A stretch of 64,000 bases of DNA. It comes from Blastocatellia bacterium (GTDB lineage: Bacteria; Acidobacteriota; Blastocatellia; UBA7656). Shown here piece by piece: positions 51,422 through 61,178 of the stretch. Where the stretch lies: positions 64,001 to 128,000 of the forward strand of contig CAVXWP010000016.1 of NCBI GenBank assembly GCA_963765495.1. Reading direction: 5' to 3'. Numbering within the stretch: the first letter of the stretch is position 1; the number at the start of each line of letters is the position of its first letter. The translations under genes were made by a program, and so were the position numbers. The notes under the pieces are model-generated. The model did not search any database, was not told the origin of the DNA, and saw only the letters and a program-made list of their open reading frames with translations.

Positions 51422-51826
51422 ATGCTTGATAAGAGGTTCACGATTGACGGGTGCGCGGCCGATCTGGAGATGGCTCGCAAGGCGCTCGATCACCTGACGC
51501 GAGATCAGAAAGCTGCCGACGAGCAGATTCATAAGGCAGCCGTTCACGCCAAGAAGATCGAAGTAAAACTAGCTTCCGCAAAGCTCGCTCAGGCCGAATA
51601 TTATCTCTCTTCTTTAATGGCGCGCATGGATTATCTGGAAGCGCGTTGCGCCCGCGAGGAGGGCGCGACAAGAGCCGAACAGGAGGAACTGGCCTGGGCG
51701 CATCAGGCACTCCCGATAAACAGCGCTACCGTCAGCAGACTCGCCGACGACCTGGCACAGCGCAAGAACGAACTGGCATCCCTGCTCAAACAGCAGCAAG
51801 TAATTTTGTATGCTCGCCATCTGTAA
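51422..51826 (+). CDS. Hypothetical coiled-coil protein
   Basis: RBS GAGGT; 134 aa helical. Confidence 0.65.
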   Translation: MLDKRFTIDGCAADLEMARKALDHLTRDQKAADEQIHKAAVHAKKIEVKLASAKLAQAEYYLSSLMARMDYLEARCAREEGATRAEQEELAWAHQALPINSATVSRLADDLAQRKNELASLLKQQQVILYARHL

Positions 51827-52290
51827 TCACGGTTGACACTCTACGGAAGATCATAACAACCCCCGGTTAAAACGTCTGCGCGACGTTTCTCGCCCGAAGC
51901 AAAATAGATACTTAATCAGAAGAATTACTCCGAGCTAAAATCTCTTCGGTTGGGTTAATGGGAGGATGGTGGAACAGGGAGGTGAGTGCTAAGGCCTGTT
52001 CCACCATTGGAGGTCACCGTGGTTGCGCGGTATTTCGTGTCTCCAGCTTGCCGCGCATCCGTTTATGAGGTACCACAACATCCTGGAAGTTGATTGCAAT
52101 ATAACCCGGGTAGATTAGATTTAGGTTACTCAAAGATTAAATTCTTATGAAAACTCTCGAGTGAAAACCCTCATGGCGCGTATCGAACAGCCCGCAATTA
52201 TGCAGGCCATAATTACACAGGTCACAATTATACGCGCTCGTCTGAGCCGGCGTAATTTGCGGCCTATTTCAAAGGATGAGCAATTGAGAA

Positions 52291-52503
52291 TTATGTGCTC
52301 GGCGAAGCTATGCTGTGCGTGGCTGTAGCGCCTGCCTGCCGCACAATCATATGAGCGTCCACGTAAAGAAGCTTTGTTTGAAGCGCTCCGATCTCTTCGG
52401 AGGTCAGTCCTCCGCTGTTTTTTATCTCTGCCACAACCTGCGCATATTCTTTAAGGGGCTGATTGAAATATGCATTCAACAGCTTATCGATCCTGCTGGC
52501 CAT
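52291..52503 (-). CDS. Small hypothetical protein
   Basis: RBS AGGAG before ATG; 70 aa. Confidence 0.6.
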   Translation of the reverse strand: MASRIDKLLNAYFNQPLKEYAQVVAEIKNSGGLTSEEIGALQTKLLYVDAHMIVRQAGATATHSIASPST

Positions 52504-52638
52504 TTTTATGCTCCTGCTGCAATTTTCACTTCTTTGGTTGCTGCTTTATCAGATCGGTAAGATAGCCGCGCCGCAACCGATTGTCAATGTCTCGGGCTAT
52601 CGCGCAAGGCTCAGGGATCGCCGATTGTTCCCTGCCGG

Positions 52639-52671
52639 AAAATAAAAGGAACGGCCCGCCTGGACCGTCCC
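52639..52671 (-). terminator. Intrinsic terminator after the ompA-like gene
   Basis: Minus strand GGGACGGTCC-AGGC-GGGCCGTTCC-TTTTATTTT. Confidence 0.75.
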
Positions 52672-52742
52672 TGTTCGGAGGCTATTATGTAAATGATCAA
52701 ACGGGGGAGTCTGGTTCTAGCCGCTCGATCATTTGAAGAGGG

Positions 52743-53462
52743 CTATTTGTTAGTGCTTGACGTAGTGCTGGCATTCGCACCGTCGGTTACGCTGCGGGTA
52801 AGGAGACGAATTTCGACGCGGCGATTCTGCGCGCGCCCTTCACGCGTGGTGTTTTCCGCCACGGGACGAACTTCACCGAATCCGAGAATATGCATTCGAT
52901 AGAGCGGTATATTATGCTGCTCGGCCAAATAACGGCGCACAGCATCGGCTCGCTTCTGCGTGAGTTGATCGTTGTAGGCCGCCGTGCCTACGGCATCGGC
53001 GAAGCCCTGGATTTCCAGTATATAGTTATTTCGGTCGGTTATTTGTGAAGCCAGTTGATCGAGCGATTCTTTTGCTTCAGGAGTGAGTTGAAAGCTATCA
53101 AACTTGAAATTCACGGTTGCCGTGTTTTGAAGCCCGTATTTATCGAGGTTGGTTCGCAGATCAGTGACCGATTCCTCCGTAGAGCTTACGCGGGTATTGG
53201 CCTGCTCGGCGCTCGATAGCGCGCTGTCAGCCTGTGACTGCACGCGATCAACTTTCCCTCGTACGTCGTTAACGCCTTCATTCAACTGTCCTATGTCCTG
53301 ACTGTTGCGGCGCGAAGTCTCTTCCAACTCCCCGGTGCGCTGTTCAAGAGGCGTAACTCGCTCGTTTATGCGATTGCGCGCGTACTTCTTTGTGGCGCAC
53401 GCCGTCGAACCCATTACTGCCAGCGCCATCAAAACCGAAACAACCATTATCCTGCTTTTCAT
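52743..53462 (-). CDS. OmpA-family lipoprotein with coiled-coil linker
   Basis: Lipobox STAC; VNFKFDS, GFAD, NDQLTQKRADAV, GFGE..P, NRRVE; ATG 53462 after GGAGG. Confidence 0.92.
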   Translation of the reverse strand: MKSRIMVVSVLMALAVMGSTACATKKYARNRINERVTPLEQRTGELEETSRRNSQDIGQLNEGVNDVRGKVDRVQSQADSALSSAEQANTRVSSTEESVTDLRTNLDKYGLQNTATVNFKFDSFQLTPEAKESLDQLASQITDRNNYILEIQGFADAVGTAAYNDQLTQKRADAVRRYLAEQHNIPLYRMHILGFGEVRPVAENTTREGRAQNRRVEIRLLTRSVTDGANASTTSSTNK

Positions 53463-53616
53463 ATCATTTCCTCCCACTTTCCATGATCGTAGAAAAGGCG
53501 ATGCGGTATTCATTTCCGCATCGCCCACGTGGTTACCGTCCTCACCACAGTAACCGTTTAAGAGAACGGAAAATGAAATAATCATCTACCCGTATCTCTG
53601 CCCCATCTGGTGTTAT

Positions 53617-53632
53617 TGCAAGAGCTATGCCG
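53617..53632 (-). promoter_or_regulatory. Putative sigma-54 (-24/-12) promoter of the ompA-like gene
   Basis: Minus strand CGGCATAGCTCTTGCA = GG-N10-GC with TTGCA. Confidence 0.6.
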
Positions 53633-53828
53633 CCGATCAAAGGAGGAGAAACCCTTAGAATTTGGCCAAAAATGAAGGGATTGTGGAAGGCAAGACGTTG
53701 CCGGAGTTCGCGCAAAGGTAAAGATTACCAGTTGGCTATGTAAGATTTTCCGGCAATTGCCCGTTGTCCGTTGTTCTTTGTTGAAAAATATTTACCCTGG
53801 ACCTGCGGTTTGCGCTCCATACAACGGA

Positions 53829-55190
53829 CTATGGACAATCTCGCCCTTTCAGCGTCACTTTTATACCGTTCTTTGGTCGCAGGGTGATCGAGGGGGACGG
53901 GATTACGGGATGATCCGGGGCGAGCGTAAAAGTGAATCTTTGAGCAATGGTCGCAAGAATCAAGACGGCTTCCATAATAGCGAAAGAGTTTCCTATGCAA
54001 AGGCGCGGACCGCCGCCGAACGGGCAATAGGCATAGCGGGGCAATCGCTTTTCAAACTCATCAGTCCATCGGTCGGGGTTGAATCTTTCCGGTTCCGTGT
54101 AGTAACGCGGGTCTCTGTGCAGTACCCATTGGATTATATAAAGCTGCGAGCCTGCGGGCACATGGTATCCGCCGATTTTGCAATCCTCCAGCGCCTCGCG
54201 TCCGATGCTCCAGGCCGGGGGATAGAGCCTCATTGATTCCTTGATTACGCGGTGAGCATAAGGCAACCGTGACAGATCCTGAACAGATGGAGCCCGCCCG
54301 CCAAGTGCCGCTTTCAATTCACTAACCAGTTTTGCTTCCGCTTCGGGATGGTTGGCCAGCAAGTAAAATGTCCACGAAAGGGCCAGCGCCGTCGTTTCGT
54401 GACCGGCCAGAAACAGCGTCATAGCCTCGTCCCGCAATTGTCTGTCGGTCATCCGGCTGCCGTCTTCGTCCTGAGCCTCTAAGAGCATCGAAAGCAAATC
54501 GCCTCCATCGCGCCCGCTGGCTCTGCGTTTGCGGATGATGTCATAGATGACTCGATCAAGATTACGGACCGCCGCGTCGAAGCGCCTTCTGCCGGGGGTC
54601 GGCAGATAATTGTCGAGCATTCGCGTGAGGCTCCCCTCAGTAGAGAAGCGATCCATAGCGACTTCCAGAGCAGCGGTCACTTCTTCGGATTCTCCCACCG
54701 GGTCTACGTCGAACAGAGTTCGAGTCACAATGTTCAAAGTCAGCCGCATCATCACGCGATGAATGTCGAGAGACTGGCCGGGCTGCCACTCTTCAAGCAT
54801 CTGCTCGGTATAGGCGACCATAACCTCGCCGTAAGAGTTTATGCGGTCTTTGTGGAAAGCGGGTTGAGCGAGCCTGCGCTGGCGGAGCCAGAAGTCGCCC
54901 TCGCTCGTCAATAATCCGTTGCCGAGCAGCCGCCCAAAGTTGTACATCCGCGCGCTCTTGTCCTTTATGAAATTGCGATTGTTTGTGACCAGCGCGTATT
55001 CGACATAATCCGGGTGATTGAGCAGATAGCCCCGGATGTTGGCGAAGCGGATGCGAACTATATCGCCGTACTCGCGCGCGCACATCTCAAGAAAAGAGAG
55101 AGGCGAGCGGCTGAGTTCCGGCAGGCTGCCGAGCAGGAAATTACCCTTTGGTCCGGGTGGTATCAATGCAGTTGTCATAACTTGTTTCAA
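53829..55190 (-). CDS. Cytochrome P450
   Basis: PPGP, AGHETT, ESMR (ExxR), PERF, FGGGPRLCIG heme motif; likely ATG at 55178. Confidence 0.96.
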   Translation of the reverse strand: MKQVMTTALIPPGPKGNFLLGSLPELSRSPLSFLEMCAREYGDIVRIRFANIRGYLLNHPDYVEYALVTNNRNFIKDKSARMYNFGRLLGNGLLTSEGDFWLRQRRLAQPAFHKDRINSYGEVMVAYTEQMLEEWQPGQSLDIHRVMMRLTLNIVTRTLFDVDPVGESEEVTAALEVAMDRFSTEGSLTRMLDNYLPTPGRRRFDAAVRNLDRVIYDIIRKRRASGRDGGDLLSMLLEAQDEDGSRMTDRQLRDEAMTLFLAGHETTALALSWTFYLLANHPEAEAKLVSELKAALGGRAPSVQDLSRLPYAHRVIKESMRLYPPAWSIGREALEDCKIGGYHVPAGSQLYIIQWVLHRDPRYYTEPERFNPDRWTDEFEKRLPRYAYCPFGGGPRLCIGNSFAIMEAVLILATIAQRFTFTLAPDHPVIPSPSITLRPKNGIKVTLKGRDCP

Positions 55191-55248
55191 ACCAGGGCCA
55201 ATCTTATAATGTTTTCACCCAGGTTTTCAAAGCATCAGAGGAGCAACC

Positions 55249-55599
55249 ATGAGCAGTGAAGACTTCACACAGAAACTACCCGACAGCGATCGCCTCGATC
55301 AGCTTATCACCCTGGCTCAAGGAATAGAGACTCTTGTTGGAGGAATAGACGTTCGCCTGACGAGCCTGGAAGAAAAAGTAGACGCGCGTTTGCACGACAC
55401 GCGCCCGATTTGGGAAAGCGTTCGCTCGGACATAGCCGAATTGCGCAAAGGACAGGAGCAGCTTCGCTCAGATATGGTGATTGGATTGCGAAAAGTCGAG
55501 CGAAAGATAGGCTTACTCAATGACGACTTTCTGCAAATGAAAACCGATCAGCGAATGCTTGAAGACAGGATAGAAAAACTGGAACCTCAGACCCCTTGA
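55249..55599 (+). CDS. Hypothetical coiled-coil protein
   Basis: RBS GAGGAG; heptad pattern, DTRPIWE motif. Confidence 0.8.
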   Translation: MSSEDFTQKLPDSDRLDQLITLAQGIETLVGGIDVRLTSLEEKVDARLHDTRPIWESVRSDIAELRKGQEQLRSDMVIGLRKVERKIGLLNDDFLQMKTDQRMLEDRIEKLEPQTP

Positions 55600-55724
55600 G
55601 ATGCTGCCCTGTTGTCGGCTTACAAATCTAACCGACATGAAGCCCGCCCGATAACTGAATAACACGTGAATAACTAGAAAATCTTTTTCGTCTGTCCGCG
55701 CATCGAGCGGGCTTCGACCTTACA

Positions 55725-56174
55725 TCAGCACTTGCGCCGTTCCCCGCGTTCGCCATGCTCTCCTCTGTGCCTGCGATGCCTGGCCCACTCTTCGACGCTC
55801 TCGCGTATGAATTCTCCGAGGTCTTCTATTTCGCACGCCGATTTGCGCCAGAACTCTTTGAAGGTTACAGGGTCGAAGGCCACGCCATAGGCTTTGCCCC
55901 ATCGCCCGAACTGCCCGACTTCGTCTTCGTAGTAAGCCGCCAGTTGACGACAGGCCATAGCAGCCACCGTAAGCGAGCTCTCCGCCGCGAGAGGGCTGAA
56001 TACACTGGTCAACTCCGAGTCAAGCTCTTTTAGCCGCGCAAGCACGCGATTGTACTGATCTACGCAGTAGGTGGCCGTATCCTGAGCGCCTCCGGTCCAT
56101 TCAGCCTGCAAGGCCATGCGCGAAGTGCGGCGCAATACATTGACAAGTTTTGCTATCTCTTTTTCTCTTTCCAT
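55725..56174 (-). CDS. Hypothetical soluble protein overlapping the ECF sigma 3' end
   Basis: RBS GAGGTG inside the sigma gene; 149 aa, no TM. Confidence 0.75.
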   Translation of the reverse strand: MEREKEIAKLVNVLRRTSRMALQAEWTGGAQDTATYCVDQYNRVLARLKELDSELTSVFSPLAAESSLTVAAMACRQLAAYYEDEVGQFGRWGKAYGVAFDPVTFKEFWRKSACEIEDLGEFIRESVEEWARHRRHRGEHGERGERRKC

Positions 56175-56743
56175 TTTTCACCTCGTTTCAATAATTCGAT
56201 CTGTTCGCGCATCAACTGTTTTCCTCGATGCACGCGCCATTTCACGGTCGAGAGCGGCACGCTCAGAAAAGCCGCTATCCGCTTGAGCGGCATCTCGTCT
56301 TGATAGCGAAGCCGCAACACCATCGCGTAATCGGCGGGAAGTCGTTCGAGAGCGAGATTCAGTTCTCCGTCATCGTCGCCTGCGCCCACAAGGGGCCGCG
56401 CAAGCGCCTGAACCTGTTCGAGCAACACCTCATCCAGTTCTACGCGCCCGGCCTCACGCGCCCGCTCGCGCTTGCTGAGGCGAAAGGCGCGATGACGGGT
56501 TATAGCCGAAAGCCAGGCGGCAAACTTTCCGGGCTCTTCAATCGAAGGCAGCGCTTTGAAGGCGAGCAGCAGCGCATCCTGAGCCACGTCTTCGGCATCC
56601 TCTCGACCGACTATGGCCTGAGCCGCGCGCACGACCGCTGCCCGGTACCGCGCGGCAAGCTCATCGAACGCGCCGAGATCGCCGAGTATAGCCGCGACCA
56701 CAAGCACCTCATCGGGCGGCTCTGCACTTGCCTTCGCCATCAA
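56153..56743 (-). CDS. ECF RNA polymerase sigma-70 factor
   Basis: GDLGAFDEL, AEDVAQDA, FAAWLSAI, IAAFLSVPLSTVKWRVHRG. Confidence 0.92.
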   Translation of the reverse strand: MMAKASAEPPDEVLVVAAILGDLGAFDELAARYRAAVVRAAQAIVGREDAEDVAQDALLLAFKALPSIEEPGKFAAWLSAITRHRAFRLSKRERAREAGRVELDEVLLEQVQALARPLVGAGDDDGELNLALERLPADYAMVLRLRYQDEMPLKRIAAFLSVPLSTVKWRVHRGKQLMREQIELLKRGEKWKEKKR

Positions 56744-56829
56744 TTGCTCCAGAGCCGTTGCTTCGGATCTTCAACGGCCTCCATGAATTATAGAGACATA
56801 CGGCGGGAAAAAGGTTAGCAAGCGGGAAA

Positions 56830-56891
56830 GAATTTGAGATTCGAGATCTGAAAACTCAAAACTCAAAATTCAAAACTCAAAACTCAGATTC
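56830..56891. repeat. Hybrid GAGATTT/CTCAAAA heptamer hairpin abutting the slt stop codon
   Basis: gaatttgagattcgagatctg aaaactc aaaactc aaaattc aaaactc aaaactc agattc. Confidence 0.85.
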
Positions 56892-59332
56892 TATCTGGGC
56901 TTGAGGTCTTTGGTATAAAGATGTTGATAAGCTCGATAATTATTCATCACCTTGCCGACATAATCTTTCGTTTCCGGGATGGCCACTTCGCCCAAAAGCA
57001 GGTCGTAATCATTCGACTTGGCGCGAAATATCCATCGCTCGACGTTCTGCTCGCCCGTGTTGTAAGAGGCCACCACGGCATAGGGATTATCTGGAAAGAG
57101 CTTGAAGAGTCCGGCGACATAGCGCACTGCGAGCCGGATTGCAATTTGCGGATCGTATACGTCATCAAGCTTGAAATTCTTTATTCCTTCTTCCCGGGCC
57201 ATCTGCTCCGCGGTCTCGGCTATGAATTGCAACAGCCCGCGAGCCGCCGCTCCGCTCTTGACCGCCGGATCAAAGCGGCTCTCCTGCCGCGCAAGCGCCA
57301 GTACCAGACGCGGATCAACTCCCGCCTGTGGCGCGTAGCGGTCAAAGGCATCCCGATATGGCGCGGGATACATCATCTCGGCCAGATCGCGCGGCACAAG
57401 CTCTATGCGATAATCCTGCGGGACGGAACTAAAAAACGGCTCGGCGAATCTGATCGCGTATTTCGATTGATCGCCGCGATTGCTGTAAACCGCGAGCGAA
57501 TAAGCCGTGTTGCTGCCTCCACCCGTGGTAGAGACGACCACATCGCTCAGGTCTTCATCGTTTGACTCAGCCGATTTGTCATCCGAAGCGCGACGGCCTC
57601 CGAACCCGCCCAGCCGCACTTCGGTCGCGCCCTCATCATACAATCCCAGAAAGATCAGTTCCGCCCCCAGCGCCTGATGAGAAGAGCCGGGTCTAAGAGT
57701 CTCGTCCGAATCGATCACATCGCGCGCTACGGGGATCAACCGGAACCGCGAGATAGAAGAGTATGCGGGAAGATGGCTGTAACTTGCTCTCAAAATCGAA
57801 AGCATCTCGCGTTGAACGCCCGTGTCCTCGTCGAGCCTGATCGCCTGTGTGGCCGCGTCTTTCGCCTCACTGTAGCGCCCTGCCTGAAGCGCCGCTCGCG
57901 CCTGATCGGCGTACCTGCGCGCCATTGGTTCGATCACGCGCCGCCCTTCGGGAGTGCGAGCCATCGCTTGAAGTCTGAGCGTTGCGCGGTAGCCGAAATA
58001 ATTATCTCGTCCGTCAGGGATAGCCATGTAAAGCCGCGCCGCTTCACCAAGCCGCCCCATCTGCTCTATTGCGAATACGCGCAGGAAAGCGGCCTCGCCG
58101 CGAATCGGCGCGCCGAAAAGCCTCGGGTAGACGCGGTCTACAGAAAGCCGGGTCAGCAGAGTGAGCGCCCGGTCGTAATTGCCCTGGACCATTTCGATCT
58201 TCGCTTCATTGTAGAGGCCGACCGTAGCCAGCGGTTTGCCCGCAAATCGCTGCTCGATTTGCCGCGACCACTGAATCGCCTCAGCCGGTTTGCCCGCGTA
58301 ACGGAAGCTGTCTACCGTATTGCGATACGCGGATTCTATCAAGTCGCTGTCGGGATATGCCGAGATAAAGTCAATATACCTCTGGGCGGCCTCTTCATAT
58401 CGCTGCGCCTTTTGAAGCGCCGTGGCAACCCAGTAATACCCCTGTTCGCCTTCGGTCTTCGTAGGAAACTCCGTGTGCGCCCGTTCAAACCATTTTATGG
58501 CTTCCTCTTGATTGTCTTCTCGATAGTATGTGAATCCCGTCTGATAGAGCGCTTCGGCGCGATTTGCGCTTTCGGGAAAGCGTTCGACTATGTTGAGAAG
58601 ATGCAAGCGCGCCTCTGGCCAGTGGCGATTGTGCAGATAGATTCTGGCTCGACGGAGCGATTCGAATTCGTCTGCCTTGACTCCCGCGTCAGTGTCGAGA
58701 CGGTCAAGCCCCGCAGCGGCTGAGAGCGCATAATCATCTCGCGAGCCCGCGACCAGCTGATTGAAAATCGTCTGCGCCGACGAGCGATCACCCGCCCTCG
58801 CATAAGCCTCGCCAAGCAGAGCCATCGCTCCGCGCCCGCCTCGCCCCCGCGTTGCGGGCCGAAGCAGCGCTATAGCCGCGCTGTACTGATTGCTCTCAAG
58901 CAGACTGTCAACCATTCGCTCGCGTGCGCGAGTAACGAGTGCGCTCGACGGATAGGAGGCAAGGAGTCGGTTTATATATTGTCGCTCAAGCGCCAGGTCT
59001 TGCGCGCTTCGGGCAATGACGGCCAGATGCCACAGGCAGTACTGAGCGAGCGCGGATTTGCGATTGAGGATGTCCAGATAAAGCGCCGCGGCTTCGGTTG
59101 TAGCGCCACGTCTCTCCTTCAAACGCGCCAGAAGATAATCATAGTTATTGCGCGTGAAGGCAGCCCTGTCGCTTGCGCGCAATGCGTTGACAAGGCTTTC
59201 GGCGCGGTCGAAATCGCGCGTCTCCATAGCGGCGCGTATCTCTTCGGCTCTGGTTTCAAGCCCCCCGGCGGCGGCCTGATTCGCAAAAATGGCTATAGAG
59301 AAAAAGAGCGCGGCAATAAATAATCGAAGCAT
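56891..59332 (-). CDS. Soluble lytic transglycosylase (Slt70-like) with TPR repeats
   Basis: Signal peptide, TPRs, RQESRF, ARGLLQF, ASYNTG, ETKDYV. Confidence 0.92.
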   Translation of the reverse strand: MLRLFIAALFFSIAIFANQAAAGGLETRAEEIRAAMETRDFDRAESLVNALRASDRAAFTRNNYDYLLARLKERRGATTEAAALYLDILNRKSALAQYCLWHLAVIARSAQDLALERQYINRLLASYPSSALVTRARERMVDSLLESNQYSAAIALLRPATRGRGGRGAMALLGEAYARAGDRSSAQTIFNQLVAGSRDDYALSAAAGLDRLDTDAGVKADEFESLRRARIYLHNRHWPEARLHLLNIVERFPESANRAEALYQTGFTYYREDNQEEAIKWFERAHTEFPTKTEGEQGYYWVATALQKAQRYEEAAQRYIDFISAYPDSDLIESAYRNTVDSFRYAGKPAEAIQWSRQIEQRFAGKPLATVGLYNEAKIEMVQGNYDRALTLLTRLSVDRVYPRLFGAPIRGEAAFLRVFAIEQMGRLGEAARLYMAIPDGRDNYFGYRATLRLQAMARTPEGRRVIEPMARRYADQARAALQAGRYSEAKDAATQAIRLDEDTGVQREMLSILRASYSHLPAYSSISRFRLIPVARDVIDSDETLRPGSSHQALGAELIFLGLYDEGATEVRLGGFGGRRASDDKSAESNDEDLSDVVVSTTGGGSNTAYSLAVYSNRGDQSKYAIRFAEPFFSSVPQDYRIELVPRDLAEMMYPAPYRDAFDRYAPQAGVDPRLVLALARQESRFDPAVKSGAAARGLLQFIAETAEQMAREEGIKNFKLDDVYDPQIAIRLAVRYVAGLFKLFPDNPYAVVASYNTGEQNVERWIFRAKSNDYDLLLGEVAIPETKDYVGKVMNNYRAYQHLYTKDLKPR

Positions 59333-59525
59333 TACAACCCCTTGATCGGATTTCCTGCTGAGTCAGTTATCGAAATTTGAGGGCGGCGAATCGGCAGGCA
59401 ACCAATCCAGCCCGGATAGTCTCAACCCGCCACATCAATTATCACACGGGACACTTGCATCGGCAAGAAAGGGAAATTGACGGACAAACGCAAAGTCTGA
59501 TTTTCCCTCGGGGCGACTATTGGGC

Positions 59526-59589
59526 AGAGGCGGATAAACGAAGAGCCACAGATGTTATTTCCACCGTGGCTCTTCGTTTATCCGCCTCT
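59526..59589. repeat. Perfect 24-bp inverted repeat with 16-nt loop
   Basis: agaggcggataaacgaagagccac / gtggctcttcgtttatccgcctct. Confidence 0.92.
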
Positions 59590-59618
59590 ATCAAGGCTGA
59601 GTTTGTCGGGAATCGGTT

Positions 59619-60869
59619 TCAGGGTTTGCGGCGACGCTTTGAGCCTTTTTCCGGCTCGACATTAGCCGCCTTCTTAAGCGCATCAAGCGACTCTTTCACA
59701 GTGGCCGCCCGGCTGTCGTTTGCAGGAGCTTTACTGGCGAAATCGCTAAGATAATTAGCTGCTTCCTGATAATTGGCTTCATTGCCTGTAGCAAAGAGAG
59801 TAAGGCCAAGACCATACAACGCATCAATATTGCCCGGGTCGGTGGCCAACACTTCTTTGTACGTTTTTATCGCATCATCCGAACGGTAGGCCGTGCGATA
59901 GAGATCCCCTTTGGCAACATTCCATTTCGCGCTGTTGGCCGTATCAAGAGCCCTGGCCTTGTCAATCGCCGTGACGGCTTGATCAACGGCATCCGTCTGC
60001 TGGTAGAATTCAACCAGAAGCTTGGCATTCTTCAGCCAGATGTTGTAGTAATTGATCAATTCGTTATTGAGATTCGGGCCGGGTTTTGGCGAAGACGAAG
60101 CGATACTGATCGCCTTGTTTATCTCTTCGATGGCCTTCTCGAAATGAGGCTTTGCTTCATCGCGCTTTCTTTGATTGAAAAGCGGAACGGCTAACTGATA
60201 ATGGGCCTCGGCGGCGTTGGCATGCGCTTTGTAAGCCAGTTCCGTGAATGCCGCGTGCTTGCCGGGGTCCACCGCCGATGCGGCCTCAAACTCGCTCACC
60301 GCGCCGGAATAGTCGTTTGTGTTCATCAATTCCAGACCGTGGTTATAGCGCGCCACTGCCTGATCGAAGGCGGCCTGCATCTCCTTGCTCTCTTTCGCCT
60401 TGGCCTCATATTCCTTTTGCGCGGCTTCGGCAGCCGCTTTGTTTTGCGGCGTGGCGGTTGAAGGTGCGCCCTGTCCTTCCTGAGAGAGGGTCTTTTGCAC
60501 CTCTTCGTAGGTTATCTTGGCTCCGTCGCCGGGGTTTCCGACAAGGTCTATGGCTCCCTGTGTTATCCTGGCGTCCGTGATAAAGGTCGGCTGCATACCG
60601 GGACCCGACGCGGTTACAATAAAGGTTCCCTGTACAGGCAATCCGAGACGCACGTAGTGGCCCGACTTGTCGGTTTTCATATCCCAATGGCCTTTGATGT
60701 CGGTACGATAAACATCAACCTGTGCGCCTGGAACCGGCGTCATCGTTCCATCCGCATTCTTTATCTTGACCGTTCCTTCGATTGTTCCGGTCTGCGCAAA
60801 TACCATTATGGATGAAGCAATCAAAATCGCGCTGAGACTGACGGCTCTCCTCAAAATCTTGCTTACCAT
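59619..60869 (-). CDS. Secreted carboxypeptidase-regulatory-like plus TPR domain protein
   Basis: Signal peptide, GTIEGTV..PVPGA..TDKSG, TPR helices; ATG 60869 after GGAGG. Confidence 0.85.
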   Translation of the reverse strand: MVSKILRRAVSLSAILIASSIMVFAQTGTIEGTVKIKNADGTMTPVPGAQVDVYRTDIKGHWDMKTDKSGHYVRLGLPVQGTFIVTASGPGMQPTFITDARITQGAIDLVGNPGDGAKITYEEVQKTLSQEGQGAPSTATPQNKAAAEAAQKEYEAKAKESKEMQAAFDQAVARYNHGLELMNTNDYSGAVSEFEAASAVDPGKHAAFTELAYKAHANAAEAHYQLAVPLFNQRKRDEAKPHFEKAIEEINKAISIASSSPKPGPNLNNELINYYNIWLKNAKLLVEFYQQTDAVDQAVTAIDKARALDTANSAKWNVAKGDLYRTAYRSDDAIKTYKEVLATDPGNIDALYGLGLTLFATGNEANYQEAANYLSDFASKAPANDSRAATVKESLDALKKAANVEPEKGSKRRRKP

Positions 60870-61178
60870 CACGATTCCTCCATTAAATCTACCGGGTAAT
60901 TTTTCTATCAGATGAAATCTCACGTGTTAGGATGCCTCACTTGCGGCATCAGTTGGCAGACAAATTATGAATCTGAATTTCTCTGCTTAAAACAGGCGAT
61001 AGCTCAAAATCTCAGTCTATACCAGAGGTTTTCGAGTGTCAACGTAGCAGTTTCTCTCGCGGCGGCATAGAAAAATCCCGGCCTCCGACCCTTCTTAAAT
61101 CCGGGCCGGACCGGGATTGATCTCTCTTTTTGAGCCCTCTAATCAGGCGACAACGCGCTCGATTTTTTGAGACGGGTA

